Notes: generated by a model from the sequence alone, not told the origin. DNA of 64,000 nt from an uncultured Staphylococcaceae bacterium (GCA_964437955.1 CAYTIR010000005.1:1366-65365); one strand, 5' to 3'; shown: positions 20,959 through 31,494, numbered from the stretch's first letter. Numbers and translations: made by a program.

Positions 20959-22020
20959 ATGGCGAAATTAAACGTGGGGATCTTATATGGCGGACAGTCG
21001 ACAGAACACGAGGTGTCGATGCGTTCAGCTGAAAGTGTACTGGAAGCCCTGGATAAAGATAAATATGATGTGAAACTTGTACATATTTCAAAGAAAGGGG
21101 AGTGGCTGCTCAGCCATCAGTCGGCGGAAATAAAGAGCCTGGAAACAGGCAGTGAGGCGACATCCCTTTCCGTCATACCATCGAGACAGCTGGCATCAGA
21201 AAAAGGTGTGGAATCTTTCGATGTAATCCTGCCGATCCTGCACGGTACAGCAGGGGAGGACGGCAGCGTCCAGGGACTGTTGGAAATGGCGAATATCCCT
21301 TACGTCGGGTGTAATGTCAGAAGTTCGGCAGTCTGCATGGACAAGGACATGACAAAAAAACTGCTGAAGCAGGAAGGCATCAAAGTGGCGGAGTGGGTTT
21401 TATTCAGACATGATGAAAAGGACAGTGTGGAGTACGAGAAGGTCAAGGAAAAACTCGGACTGCCGATGTTCGTCAAGCCTGTGAATCAGGGGTCCTCGGT
21501 CGGAGTCTCCAAAGTTACAGATGAGAAGGGCTTTTACGAAGCGATCGCGCTCGCCTTTGAATTCGATACAAAAGTCATGGCCGAAAGTGCCATTGAGGGC
21601 AGGGAAATCGAAGTGTCCGTGCTCGGCAACACCAATCCGTTCGTTTCTGTACCGGGTGAAATTGTTTCAAATACTGACTTTTACAGCTATGAATCAAAAT
21701 ATATCGACGAGAGCGGGGCGGCCCTCGAGATTCCTGCAAAACTGGAAGAGAGCACTGAGGAAAGCATCCGGAAAACGGCGTTTGATGCATTCAGGATCCT
21801 GGACTGCGAGGGCATGGCAAGGGTCGATGTGTTCCTGACAGATGAAGATGAAGTCATCGTCAATGAAATCAATACACTCCCCGGATTCACAAGCATCAGC
21901 ATGTATCCGAAATTGCTGGAAGCATCCGGGATCCCGTACGCGGAACTGCTGGATCGACTGATCGAGCTTTCACTCGAGCGGCATAATCTCAACCGTCAGC
22001 TTAAAACGGATATCATGTAG
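20959..22020 (+). CDS. ddl: D-alanine--D-alanine ligase
   Basis: VGILYGGQSTEHEVS...ILHGTAGEDGSVQGLLE...NQGSSVG...EINTLPGFT. The omega-loop ESKY (Lys-Tyr) fits D-Ala-D-Ala rather than D-Ala-D-Lac specificity. Confidence 0.9.
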   Translation: MAKLNVGILYGGQSTEHEVSMRSAESVLEALDKDKYDVKLVHISKKGEWLLSHQSAEIKSLETGSEATSLSVIPSRQLASEKGVESFDVILPILHGTAGEDGSVQGLLEMANIPYVGCNVRSSAVCMDKDMTKKLLKQEGIKVAEWVLFRHDEKDSVEYEKVKEKLGLPMFVKPVNQGSSVGVSKVTDEKGFYEAIALAFEFDTKVMAESAIEGREIEVSVLGNTNPFVSVPGEIVSNTDFYSYESKYIDESGAALEIPAKLEESTEESIRKTAFDAFRILDCEGMARVDVFLTDEDEVIVNEINTLPGFTSISMYPKLLEASGIPYAELLDRLIELSLERHNLNRQLKTDIM

Positions 22021-22029
22021 GTGACTGTG

Positions 22030-22482
22030 ATGGCTGAATACGAAAATGCGGTATTTACGAACATGTGCATGATCTACAGCGGTAATAGGATCCTCGTGCA
22101 GAACCGGGTCGGCAAAAGCTGGCCGGGCATCACTTTTCCGGGCGGAAAAGTGGAGCGCGGGGAATCATTTGTAGAGTCTGTCAGACGTGAAGTGAAAGAG
22201 GAGACGGGACTCACTGTCAATTCTGTGGAGCTGTGTGGAACAAAGCAATTCCAAAATGAGCATGATGCAAGGTATGTCGTTTTATTCTACAGGACCGATC
22301 AGTTTGAAGGGACACTTGAATCCAGTGATGAAGGTGAAGTGTTCTGGATAGATAAAAGTGAACTTGGGAATTATGGACTTGCACATGATTTTAAAGAGAT
22401 GTTTGAAGTCTTTGACTCCGAACTTTTGTCGGAGTTCTATTATTATAAAGATGATGAAGGGGTTAAACTCAGGCTCTTGTGA
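22030..22482 (+). CDS. NUDIX hydrolase
   Basis: Nudix box GGKVERGESFVESVRREVKEETGL. AGGTGA RBS before the ATG at 22030. Confidence 0.85.
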   Translation: MAEYENAVFTNMCMIYSGNRILVQNRVGKSWPGITFPGGKVERGESFVESVRREVKEETGLTVNSVELCGTKQFQNEHDARYVVLFYRTDQFEGTLESSDEGEVFWIDKSELGNYGLAHDFKEMFEVFDSELLSEFYYYKDDEGVKLRLL

Positions 22483-22520
22483 TGAGTATTGACACCATTA
22501 AAGGTAAGGGGAGGATCTCA

Positions 22521-23033
22521 ATGCGATTCAATATTAGAAAAGCGGTGGAGTCAGATGCGACGGACATTGCAAAAGTCCAGGTCGACAGCTGGAGGACGAC
22601 TTATAAAGGAATCGTCAGCGATGATTACCTGGCAGGACTCGATTATAAAAACAGGGAAGAAGTATGGAAAAATGTTGTGGTCCAAAATGCTACATTTCTA
22701 CTTCTGGATGATAAGGATCAGACAATCGGTTTCGCCGTCGGCGGACCCGAACGTTCCGAAGAGCACATCGGATATGACGGGGAGCTTTACGCAATCTACC
22801 TGTATGAAGATGTGCAGGGCAAAGGCGGCGGAAAGCAGCTTTTTGATGCGGTGGTAGGCAATCTGGTTGAGCGCGGCTTTGAAAGCATGATCATCATCGC
22901 CCTCGAAGATAATTCGGCCTGTGGCTTCTATGAAAAGATGGGCGGCAGCGTCATCGGCAAGGAAGAGACGGATATTGCCGGTGAGAATCTGACAGAACTG
23001 GTCTTCGGATGGAAAGATATTAGAGAAATATAG
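22521..23033 (+). CDS. GNAT N-acetyltransferase
   Basis: MRFNIRKAVESDATDIAKV start after a GGGGAGGA RBS. QGKGGGKQLF acetyl-CoA motif. Confidence 0.8.
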   Translation: MRFNIRKAVESDATDIAKVQVDSWRTTYKGIVSDDYLAGLDYKNREEVWKNVVVQNATFLLLDDKDQTIGFAVGGPERSEEHIGYDGELYAIYLYEDVQGKGGGKQLFDAVVGNLVERGFESMIIIALEDNSACGFYEKMGGSVIGKEETDIAGENLTELVFGWKDIREI

Positions 23034-23044
23034 TTTGAATTGTC

Positions 23045-23070
23045 GCAGACCCTCTCCGGGTCTGTTTTTG
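23045..23070 (+). terminator. terminator of the ddl-nudix-GNAT unit
   Basis: cagaccc tctcc gggtctg followed by tttttgttt. Confidence 0.75.
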
Positions 23071-23176
23071 TTTGTCGGGATTCATATGACTACTCTGTGC
23101 CACCAGGAGTGTTTGATCCACAGGCTCCGGCAACCATATAAAAAAGAGGCGCACCGGCCTCTTCAAAACTCCCAAT

Positions 23177-24223
23177 CTATTTCCCTTCCCAGGCGGCGAT
23201 CTCTTCTTTCACTATCGGTGCGACTTTTTCACCGAAGAGCTGTATGGATCGCATCACCTGATCATGCGGCATCGTACCAAGCGGTGTATGGAGCAGGAAT
23301 CTTTTGATTCCTATATTTTTGCGCAGGTCGATGATTTTCTGTGCCACGGTTTCGGGACTGCCGCAATACAGTGCACCTTTGGGTGATTTCGCTATATCGA
23401 AACTCCGTCTCGTATAGTTTCCCCAGCCGCGTTCGCGGCCGATTTTATTCATGCCCTGCTGGGTGGAAGGGAAGAAGAGGTCAGCCGCTTCGTCATCGGT
23501 ATCCCAGACGAATCCGTGACTGTGGGATCCGATGCCCAGATCTTCGATTTTATGGCCGGACTGTGCAGCGGTCTGCTTGTACAGTTCAACCAGAGGGGCA
23601 AAGTTATTCGGACTGCCGCCAATGATTGCCAGTACCAGGGGCAGTCCGAGCCTGCCCGCACGGACGGTGGAGTCCGGTGTGCCGCCGCTTGCAATCCATA
23701 TTGGAATCTGATCCTGGTCGGGCTTCGGAAATACTTCCAGCCCGTTGATGGGTGCCCGGTGATTTCCCCTCCAGGTGATCGGTCCGCCTTTTTGCAGTTT
23801 GAGCAGCAGGTCCAGTTTCTCCTCGAACAATTCATTGTAGTCGTTCAGGTCATAGCCGAATAAAGGGAATGATTCGATGAATGAACCCCGTCCGGCCATT
23901 ATTTCCGCACGGCCGCCCGAGATGCCATCGAGCATCGCAAAGCGTTCCTGTACCCTGACCGGATCATCCGACGAAAGGACCGTTACCGCACTCGACAGGC
24001 GGATATGGTTTGTCCGTGCAGCTCCTGCTGCCAAAATGACTTCCGGTGATGATGCCGCATAGTCGGAGCGGTGATGTTCACCAACCGCATAGACATCCAG
24101 TCCCACTTTATCCGCCATCTCTATTTCTTCCACTATATCCCTCAGCCTTTCACCGTGACTGATCGTGGCTCCGGTGTGCGGATCAGGCAGTACTTCAGCA
24201 AAAGTGCTTATACCAAGTTCCAT
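23177..24223 (-). CDS. LLM-class (luciferase-like) flavin-dependent oxidoreductase
   Basis: MELGISTFAE...VGEHHRSDYAASSPEVILAA... is typical of the family. 348 aa. Confidence 0.8.
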   Translation of the reverse strand: MELGISTFAEVLPDPHTGATISHGERLRDIVEEIEMADKVGLDVYAVGEHHRSDYAASSPEVILAAGAARTNHIRLSSAVTVLSSDDPVRVQERFAMLDGISGGRAEIMAGRGSFIESFPLFGYDLNDYNELFEEKLDLLLKLQKGGPITWRGNHRAPINGLEVFPKPDQDQIPIWIASGGTPDSTVRAGRLGLPLVLAIIGGSPNNFAPLVELYKQTAAQSGHKIEDLGIGSHSHGFVWDTDDEAADLFFPSTQQGMNKIGRERGWGNYTRRSFDIAKSPKGALYCGSPETVAQKIIDLRKNIGIKRFLLHTPLGTMPHDQVMRSIQLFGEKVAPIVKEEIAAWEGK

Positions 24224-24340
24224 ATGATCTCCTCCGATTCTTCGCTATTTTCATTCTACCACCACTGCATATCAATCAATAAATTTACGCTCAAACCTAT
24301 GGTAGAATATAGATAAATTGATTTTTGGGGGAATTGGGAA

Positions 24341-25564
24341 ATGAAGGAAAAGCTTATTGAACGTTTGACCAACTATGTAAAAATCGATACACAATCGGAT
24401 GCATCAAGCGAAACGACACCTTCTACGGACAAACAGTGGGAACTGATCCGGCTGCTGGAAAAGGAACTTGAAGAGATCGGCATGTCTGATGTGGAAACGG
24501 ATGACAAAGGGTATCTGATGGCCACTCTGCCGGCAAATGTTGAAAATGCACCGGTCATCGGTTTCCTTGCACACGTCGATACGGCAACTGATTTTACCGG
24601 TGCAGGCGTGTCTCCTCAGATCATCGACTACGAAGGCGGAGATATCATTCTGAATGAGCAGGAAAATATTGTACTGTCCAAGGAACAGTTTCCTGAACTT
24701 GAAGGATACAGGGGACATACGCTTGTCACAACGGATGGTACGACACTGCTCGGTGCGGATAATAAGGCCGGTGTGGCCGAAATCATGACGGCAATGGAAT
24801 ACTTGATCAATAATGAAGGAATCAAACACGGTAAAATACGTGTGGCCTTTACACCGGACGAAGAAATCGGCCGGGGGCCGCATCATTTTGATGTGGAACG
24901 CTTTGGTGCGGAATTTGCATATACTGTTGACGGTGGACCGGAAGGGGAGCTCCAGTATGAAAGTTTCAATGCCGCAGGTGCCAAAGTGTCTTTCATCGGC
25001 AACAGTGTGCATCCGGGAACGGCTAAGGATAAAATGATCAATGCCGGCCGTATGGCATCTGAATTCATCACGATGTTCGATCCGGAAGATACACCTGAAC
25101 ATACCGAAGGATATGAAGGGTTCATCCATCTCGTCAATATGGGCGGGGATGTTGAGCAGACCGAAGCACAGTTCATCATCCGTGATTTTGACAACGGGAA
25201 ATTCGAAGCACGCAAACGCCTGATGGAAAGGAATGTGGCAACACTCAGGGAAAAATACGGAGCAGACCGCGTAGTACTGGAAATGGAAGATCAGTACTAC
25301 AATATGAGAAACAAAATCGAACCGGTCATGGAAATCGTCGACTACGCGAAACTCGCGATGCAGAACATGGATATTGAACCGGCCATCCATCCGGTCCGCG
25401 GCGGAACCGACGGGTCCCAGCTGTCCTATAAAGGACTGCCGACACCGAACCTCTTTACAGGCGGAGAGAACTTCCATGGAAAATTCGAATATGTCTCGGT
25501 TGATGTAATGGAAAAAGCAGTGAAGGTCATTGCAGAAATCAGCAGGATCGCAGCAACAAGATAG
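24341..25564 (+). CDS. pepT: peptidase T (tripeptide aminopeptidase, M20B)
   Basis: [12 protein letters not shown]...GFLAHVDT...[14 protein letters not shown]...FTPDEEIG...GGTDGS. Preceded by the extended -10 TGgTAGAAT (24300-24308). Confidence 0.9.
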   Translation: MKEKLIERLTNYVKIDTQSDASSETTPSTDKQWELIRLLEKELEEIGMSDVETDDKGYLMATLPANVENAPVIGFLAHVDTATDFTGAGVSPQIIDYEGGDIILNEQENIVLSKEQFPELEGYRGHTLVTTDGTTLLGADNKAGVAEIMTAMEYLINNEGIKHGKIRVAFTPDEEIGRGPHHFDVERFGAEFAYTVDGGPEGELQYESFNAAGAKVSFIGNSVHPGTAKDKMINAGRMASEFITMFDPEDTPEHTEGYEGFIHLVNMGGDVEQTEAQFIIRDFDNGKFEARKRLMERNVATLREKYGADRVVLEMEDQYYNMRNKIEPVMEIVDYAKLAMQNMDIEPAIHPVRGGTDGSQLSYKGLPTPNLFTGGENFHGKFEYVSVDVMEKAVKVIAEISRIAATR

Positions 25565-25635
25565 TGATAAGCGTCCTTGATCCAAAGGGCGCTTAAGTTC
25601 TGTTTCTGTAAGCTCAGTCACGTACTTTTCCATTC

Positions 25636-27051
25636 ATGAAAGTAGGAATGTCTATGACACAGCATGTACATAAAACCGAACCAAAGGAAGAAATAAAAAA
25701 ATTACCGTTGATGCTGGTCCTTTTATCCGGTGCATTTGCAGCAATCTTAAACCAGACATTGCTGGCGACTGCGATACCCCATATCATGGCTGATTTGGAA
25801 CTGGAAGCGGATGTGGCCCAATGGCTCCAGTCCGTCTTCATGCTGGTCAATGGTATCATGATTCCGGTAACGGCCTTTCTGATCGGCAAGTTCACGACGA
25901 GGAGCTTGTTCTTCACGGCACTGAGTCTGTTTGCCCTGGGCACTCTTGTATGCGGGCTCGCTCCAAATTTTACGGTACTGTTGCTTGGAAGGATTCTCCA
26001 GGCTTCCGGTGCGGGCATCATCATGCCGCTGATGCAGACGATCCTGTTTCTGATCTATCCCCGTGAACAAAGGGGGACGGCGATGGGGTTCTTCGGCCTG
26101 GTCATCAGTTTTGCACCGGCAATCGGACCGACGCTCTCAGGCTGGTTTGTGGAAATCTATCCGTGGAGGGGTCTGTTCTATATCATCCTGCCGATCGCCA
26201 TCATCGACCTGATTGTTGCATGGTTCATACTTAAAAACGTTACAGAGCGGACGAATCCGAAATTGGATGTATTATCGATCATCCTTTCAACGTTCGGTTT
26301 CGGCGGCCTGCTGTATGGATTCAGTATCGCGGGCGGAAGCGGCTGGCTGAGTCCGATGGTGCTGATTTCCTTGATGGTCGGTGCGGTTGCCCTGACACTG
26401 TTCATAAAAAGGCAGCTGAGGCTCGAACAGCCGATTTTGGAATTCAGGGTATTCAAAGATCCGATATTCACTTTGGCCACAATCATTGGAATGGTCGCAT
26501 TCATGACGATGATCGGCGGGGCAATCATCCTGCCGATATTCATGCAGAACATGCTCGGGTTCACGGCATTCGAGTCCGGACTGATGATGCTGCCGGGTGC
26601 ATTGCTGATGGGCTTCATGAGTCCGGTGACAGGGAAGCTGTTCGATCTGTTCGGACCGAGATGGCTGGTGATTCCGGGGCTTGGGATTGTCACAGTCACC
26701 ACATTCATGTTTACAGCACTGGATACAGAAACGACATTCACGTATCTGGCTGTGGTCAATGCAGTGCGGATGCTGGGCATCTCCATGGTGATGATGCCGT
26801 CGACGACTGCCGGACTGAATCAGCTGTCCAACAGACTAGTGCCTCATGGAACGGCGATGAACAACACGATGCGTCAGATTGCCGGTGCAGTCGGAACAGC
26901 ATTATTCGTGTCTGTAATGATGATGACGATGATTCCCGGACAGGGGGCACAGGGGATGATACACGGAGTGAACATGTCATTCATATTAACCGGTATCTTC
27001 TCTCTTGCAGGGTTCATCCTCGCATTCAAATTACGCCGACCGTCAAAATGA
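25636..27051 (+). CDS. MFS transporter, DHA2 (14-TMS EmrB/QacA-like), paralog A
   Basis: LNQTLLATAIPHIMADL...GRILQASGAGIIMP motifs. Exact start (25636 or 25648) is uncertain. Confidence 0.85.
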   Translation: MKVGMSMTQHVHKTEPKEEIKKLPLMLVLLSGAFAAILNQTLLATAIPHIMADLELEADVAQWLQSVFMLVNGIMIPVTAFLIGKFTTRSLFFTALSLFALGTLVCGLAPNFTVLLLGRILQASGAGIIMPLMQTILFLIYPREQRGTAMGFFGLVISFAPAIGPTLSGWFVEIYPWRGLFYIILPIAIIDLIVAWFILKNVTERTNPKLDVLSIILSTFGFGGLLYGFSIAGGSGWLSPMVLISLMVGAVALTLFIKRQLRLEQPILEFRVFKDPIFTLATIIGMVAFMTMIGGAIILPIFMQNMLGFTAFESGLMMLPGALLMGFMSPVTGKLFDLFGPRWLVIPGLGIVTVTTFMFTALDTETTFTYLAVVNAVRMLGISMVMMPSTTAGLNQLSNRLVPHGTAMNNTMRQIAGAVGTALFVSVMMMTMIPGQGAQGMIHGVNMSFILTGIFSLAGFILAFKLRRPSK

Positions 27052-27064
27052 TATATATATAAAG

Positions 27065-27108
27065 AAAAACTGCCTTTCCGGTAAAATGCCGGAAGGGCAG
27101 TTTGTTTT
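27065..27108. terminator. bidirectional terminator
   Basis: aaaaactgcctttccgg taaaat gccggaagggcagtttgtttt. Confidence 0.75.
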
Positions 27109-27109
27109 A

Positions 27110-27589
27110 TCATGAGCGGGGCAGATTGTTGAATTTTTTCAGCAGACGTGCAAATTCTTCTATTTCGCCAACTTCCCACTGGTCGATCATTTTGTGGAAG
27201 CGTTCCTGGCGTCCATGCCGGTTGGATGTGAATATCTCCCGTCCTTTCTCTGTCATTTCATAATCGTAGGAGCGGCGGTCCTTCTCTGAAGGCACCTTTC
27301 TCAGGATGTCTTTTTTTGAAAGGTCTCCTGCCTGCCTGCTGATGGTTGATATATCGAGATGAAGCTGTTCGGCCATATCCTTTACGCTCATCGGTCCCTT
27401 GTCTGAAATGATGAGCAGGATGAAGTAACTGGCTCGTCTGAGATGCTTTGCTTCATCTCCCTCGGCAGCAGCATTTCTCAACCTCCGTACCATCATGGCG
27501 AGTTCCAGCTCCAGTTTTTCTAAAGATTTATCATTGACCACGTGTAAACCACTCTGCCTTTCCGGATTTCGAAATAAAATAGTTGACAT
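27110..27589 (-). CDS. MarR-family transcriptional regulator
   Basis: Winged helix MSVKDMAEQLHLDISTISRQAGDLSKKDILRKV...DRRSYDYEMTEKG. The true start may be the GTG at 27541. Confidence 0.8.
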   Translation of the reverse strand: MSTILFRNPERQSGLHVVNDKSLEKLELELAMMVRRLRNAAAEGDEAKHLRRASYFILLIISDKGPMSVKDMAEQLHLDISTISRQAGDLSKKDILRKVPSEKDRRSYDYEMTEKGREIFTSNRHGRQERFHKMIDQWEVGEIEEFARLLKKFNNLPRS

Positions 27590-27648
27590 CTAATATAGTT
27601 GTATAATACAATCATTCCTGTTGTATGTCTAGGAAAGAAGGAAATTTT

Positions 27649-29076
27649 ATGTCTTTACAGAGTGAAAATAAAGCGCGGCTGTCCAATCCGGCAAGGCTGA
27701 CACTAATGGCTGTGCTCCTATCCGGAGCGTTCGTAGCCATCTTGAACCAGACACTGCTGGCCACGGCAATACCGCATATCATGGCCGATCTGAAACTGGA
27801 GGCGGATGTTGCACAATGGCTGCAGTCCGTCTTCATGCTGGTCAATGGTATCATGATACCGATCACCGCATTTCTAATAAATAAATTCTCCACCAGAACG
27901 CTATTTTTTACAGCATTGTCTTTATTCGGAGCAGGGACACTGCTTTGCGGCATTTCTCCGAATTTCCCGGTCCTTCTGAGTGGACGGATACTGCAGGCAG
28001 CAGGTGCCGGCATCATCATGCCGCTGATGCAGACAATCCTGTTCCTTGTCTATCCAAGGAGTGAACGTGGGAAAGCGATGGGGATGTTCGGACTTGTCAT
28101 CAGCTTTGCACCGGCAATCGGACCGACGCTGTCCGGCTGGTTCATAGATATTTATCCGTGGCGCGGACTGTTCTATATGCTGCTTCCGATTGTCATCATC
28201 GATCTGATCATTGCTTACTTCATATTGAGGAACGTTACTGAACAGACGAATCCAAAATTGGATATGCTGTCCATCCTCCTTTCTTCACTCGGTTTCGGCG
28301 GCCTCCTGTATGGATTCAGTGTTGCCGGAAACAGCGGCTGGCTGAGTCCGGCGGTCATCATCTCCCTGATTGTCGGGGCAGTCACCCTGGTGTTCTTCAT
28401 CAGACGTCAGAACAGACTGGAACAGCCGATTCTGGAATTCGATGTGTTCAAGGATAAAATATTCACATTGACGACAGCACTCGGCATGATCGTCTTCATG
28501 GCGATGATCGGCGGAGCAGTCATCCTTCCGATCCTAATGCAGAACATGCTCGGTTTCTCCGCGATGGCCTCAGGGATGATGCTGTTTCCAGGGGCAGTTG
28601 TGATGGGTGTGATGAGCCCAATTACCGGAAGGCTTTTCGACAGATATGGTGCGAAGTGGCTTGCCATCATCGGCCTCGGTCTCGTAGCGGTAACATCTTT
28701 GATGTTCTCCAACTTGGACACCGGCACGACATTCACTTATCTTGCGGTAGTCAATGCGTTCAGGATGCTCGGGGTTGCCATGGTCATGATGCCGGTTACA
28801 ACGGCAGGTCTCAACCAGATGTCCAAAAAACTGGTGCCCCACGGTACAGCGATGAATAATACCATGAGACAGGTCGCCGGTGCAGTCGGCACGGCACTCC
28901 TTGTTTCGATCATGACCAACACGATGATTCCGGAACAGGGTGCCGAGGGCATGATCCGGGGCGTGAACATTTCATTCATGTTTGCAGGCGGGCTGGCCTT
29001 TATTGGATTCCTGCTGGCTTTCAAGCTGAGAAAACCGGATGATTCGGAATTTGATGAAGCGTATGATAATGAATAG
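27649..29076 (+). CDS. MFS transporter, DHA2, paralog B (very similar to paralog A)
   Basis: Start MSLQSENK after a GAAGGAA RBS. Long identical blocks with paralog A, e.g. LNQTLLATAIPHIMADL.LEADVAQWLQSVFMLVNGIMIP. Confidence 0.85.
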   Translation: MSLQSENKARLSNPARLTLMAVLLSGAFVAILNQTLLATAIPHIMADLKLEADVAQWLQSVFMLVNGIMIPITAFLINKFSTRTLFFTALSLFGAGTLLCGISPNFPVLLSGRILQAAGAGIIMPLMQTILFLVYPRSERGKAMGMFGLVISFAPAIGPTLSGWFIDIYPWRGLFYMLLPIVIIDLIIAYFILRNVTEQTNPKLDMLSILLSSLGFGGLLYGFSVAGNSGWLSPAVIISLIVGAVTLVFFIRRQNRLEQPILEFDVFKDKIFTLTTALGMIVFMAMIGGAVILPILMQNMLGFSAMASGMMLFPGAVVMGVMSPITGRLFDRYGAKWLAIIGLGLVAVTSLMFSNLDTGTTFTYLAVVNAFRMLGVAMVMMPVTTAGLNQMSKKLVPHGTAMNNTMRQVAGAVGTALLVSIMTNTMIPEQGAEGMIRGVNISFMFAGGLAFIGFLLAFKLRKPDDSEFDEAYDNE

Positions 29077-29094
29077 AAAAAGGATCATCAACAT

Positions 29095-29132
29095 AAAGAA
29101 GCACGCTGGAAATTTTCCAGCGTGCTTCTTTT
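29095..29132. terminator. bidirectional terminator
   Basis: aaagaagcacgctgga aatt ttccagcgtgcttctttt. Confidence 0.8.
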
Positions 29133-30597
29133 AATTCTCTTCGGACTCAATTGGCCTTGCTTTGGTCATGTCATTTCCGATGACTTCATCAGAAGTGACG
29201 CGTTTCAGGAAGAAGGCAAGCATCCAGGCCACACTCAGCAGCAACGTTGCAATCAAGAACGAAAAATTTATACCATCCAGCATGGCCTGATTCACAGCGG
29301 CAGTGTCTGTACTTGGTATATCAGCCAGCTTGGCGTTCATTTTATTCTGCATGATGGTGATCAGCAGTGCGGTGCCGATTGCACCGGAAACCTGGTTGAG
29401 CATACTGTTGATTGATGACCCATGCGGTGTGAGTTCCGGAGTCAGCTGATTCATGCCGTTGGTCATCACTGGTGTCATGACGAGCGTCATGCCAAATGCT
29501 CTTATGGAGTAGAGCATGATCAGAAATGTATAACTCGTATCGACTTCAAGCTGACTGAAGAAGAACGTCGTTGAAACAGTCAGCGTCAAACCGGTGATAG
29601 CGAGCACTTTAGGACCGAACAAGTCAAACAGCCTGCCGGATACGGGACTCATGAATCCCATGATCAAAGCGCCGGGAAGCAATAAAATCCCTGTATCCAA
29701 AGGTGAAATCCCCTGAATGTCCTGCAGATAGATCGGCATGAGTATCATGCCCGAGAAGAGTGCCATGTTCATGGTGCCGATCAGCAGGGAAGCCAGCGTG
29801 AACATCGGAAACTTATAGACTTTGAAATCCAGCATCGGGTCACTCATATGGATCTGTTTCCTGATGTAGAAAAATACTGCAATAAAGCCGATGATCAGTG
29901 CCAGCAGGACGTCTGCCCGCATCCAGCCACTGTTGCCGGCAGCGCTGAAACCGTAAAGTATGCCTCCAAAACCGAGGGTTGAAAGAATCACGGACGGAAC
30001 ATCAATTTTAGTCGTGTAATGAGTGTTAGTTTCCTGCAGCTTGAGCCATCCGATGGAAAGGACCAGCAGCAGTATCGGTACCATCATGAAGAAAAGCATA
30101 TGCCATGAATAATGCTGGACGACAAATCCGGAAAGTGTCGGTCCGATTGCCGGTGCGAAAAACATGACGAGACTGAATAAACCCATCGCCGTTCCGCGCT
30201 GTGTGGGAGGGAAGCTTGTAATCATGACGTTCATGAGCAAAGGCATGAGAATCGCAGAACCAGAAGCCTGGATCATCCGTCCGACAATCAATACGATGAA
30301 AGTGGGGGAGAGTCCCGCAATGAGCGTGCCGGTTAAAAACAGTGCCATCGCAGCGATGAACAGTTTCCTCGCACTGAATCTCTGCATAAGGAATGCAGTT
30401 GTGGGGATGACAATCCCGCTTACAAGCATGTAGGCGGTTGATACCCATTGGACGGTGGAAGTGGAGATGTCGAAATCATTCTTGATGGACGGAAGTGCAA
30501 CGTTCAGGAAGGTGTTTGAAAGCAGTGCAACAAAAGCACCGGACAGCAGTATGAATATGAGTCTGTAATCCGGCGTGTTATTAATTTTTGATTCCAT
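29131..30597 (-). CDS. MFS transporter, DHA2, third, more divergent copy
   Basis: 488 aa, 14 TM helices. LSNTFLNVALPSI...GRMIQASGSAILMP. Confidence 0.85.
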   Translation of the reverse strand: MESKINNTPDYRLIFILLSGAFVALLSNTFLNVALPSIKNDFDISTSTVQWVSTAYMLVSGIVIPTTAFLMQRFSARKLFIAAMALFLTGTLIAGLSPTFIVLIVGRMIQASGSAILMPLLMNVMITSFPPTQRGTAMGLFSLVMFFAPAIGPTLSGFVVQHYSWHMLFFMMVPILLLVLSIGWLKLQETNTHYTTKIDVPSVILSTLGFGGILYGFSAAGNSGWMRADVLLALIIGFIAVFFYIRKQIHMSDPMLDFKVYKFPMFTLASLLIGTMNMALFSGMILMPIYLQDIQGISPLDTGILLLPGALIMGFMSPVSGRLFDLFGPKVLAITGLTLTVSTTFFFSQLEVDTSYTFLIMLYSIRAFGMTLVMTPVMTNGMNQLTPELTPHGSSINSMLNQVSGAIGTALLITIMQNKMNAKLADIPSTDTAAVNQAMLDGINFSFLIATLLLSVAWMLAFFLKRVTSDEVIGNDMTKARPIESEEN

Positions 30598-30674
30598 GAT
30601 TTTACCCCAGTTTCTAAAAACGAATATAAACTATTATATTCCGATTATCGAAATAAGCAAGTGTTTTATACTGG

Positions 30675-30851
30675 TCATGGTCCCAATCTGTTGTCTATCT
30701 GAATATATATGAAAAAGCCGATCGTAATGCCCAAAAGCAATGCGATTGGGATTGCATATCCCGAAAGGGGAGGAATGAATGTCGTGATTACCCAATAGAT
30801 GGCCAGTGTAATGATTCCCATCAGGATGAGATTTAGCAGAAATCTGGTCAT
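30675..30851 (-). CDS. small two-TM membrane protein
   Basis: MTRFLLNLILMGIITLAIYW... begins after a GGAGG RBS. 58 aa. Confidence 0.45.
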   Translation of the reverse strand: MTRFLLNLILMGIITLAIYWVITTFIPPLSGYAIPIALLLGITIGFFIYIQIDNRLGP

Positions 30852-30975
30852 GAATGATGCCTCCAATTTAATGATTTACATACCATATTATACATGATGG
30901 ACTGAATAAGTAATTTGAAAACAGGGTATGGAGATAATGTAGAGCAGAAATTTAATTTTGAAAGGGGCTTTATAA

Positions 30976-31431
30976 ATGGCAAAAGAAACACTTTTATTCC
31001 AGGTGAAAACATCCAGACAGTGGATTTTGGATACATTCGAAAAAGTATCCAAGGAAGACATGATGAAAATACCCGAAGGGTTTAAAAATAATATCCACTG
31101 GCAGCTGGGCCATGTAGCCGGGATGATGGAGCTGCCGACAGCCGCGCTGACCGATTCAAAGACAGATGATGGTAAAAGGTATCAGAAATACTTCGGATAT
31201 GGTACAAGTCCGGAAGATTTTGATGATGATACACCGACTCTGGATGAAATAAAAGCGTTGCTGGAAGGTCAGGTGCCGAGACTGGATGACATCACGGAAG
31301 AAGGCCTGGAAGAGGATCTGCCCCGTGAGTTCATGGGAATGACTAAAAGATATGAACAGCTTTCATTCATGATTCTTCATGAGTCGCTTCATGCAGGAAA
31401 GATACAGGAAATGACAAAATTTATCAAATGA
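30976..31431 (+). CDS. DinB-family (DinB_2) metal-dependent protein
   Basis: HWQLGHV ... HESLHAGKI histidine triad pattern. Confidence 0.7.
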   Translation: MAKETLLFQVKTSRQWILDTFEKVSKEDMMKIPEGFKNNIHWQLGHVAGMMELPTAALTDSKTDDGKRYQKYFGYGTSPEDFDDDTPTLDEIKALLEGQVPRLDDITEEGLEEDLPREFMGMTKRYEQLSFMILHESLHAGKIQEMTKFIK

Positions 31432-31432
31432 T

Positions 31433-31470
31433 AAAAACACAGAACATCATTGCAGATGTTCTGTGTTTTT
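31433..31470 (+). terminator. terminator
   Basis: aaaaacacagaacatc attgca gatgttctgtgttttt. Confidence 0.8.
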
Positions 31471-31494
31471 ATATCTTCAAATGTTATATAATCT

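Noticed and set aside
20959-22020. Van-type D-Ala-D-Lac/D-Ser ligase
   Set aside because: The omega-loop retains Lys-Tyr (ESKY) as in DdlB-type enzymes. No vanH, vanX or vanRS-like genes are nearby.
24404-25633. 409-aa ORF antisense to pepT
   Set aside because: It fully overlaps a confidently recognised pepT on the other strand. The composition is Cys/His/Arg/Phe-rich and unlike real proteins, there is no RBS, and it is a mirror-frame artefact.
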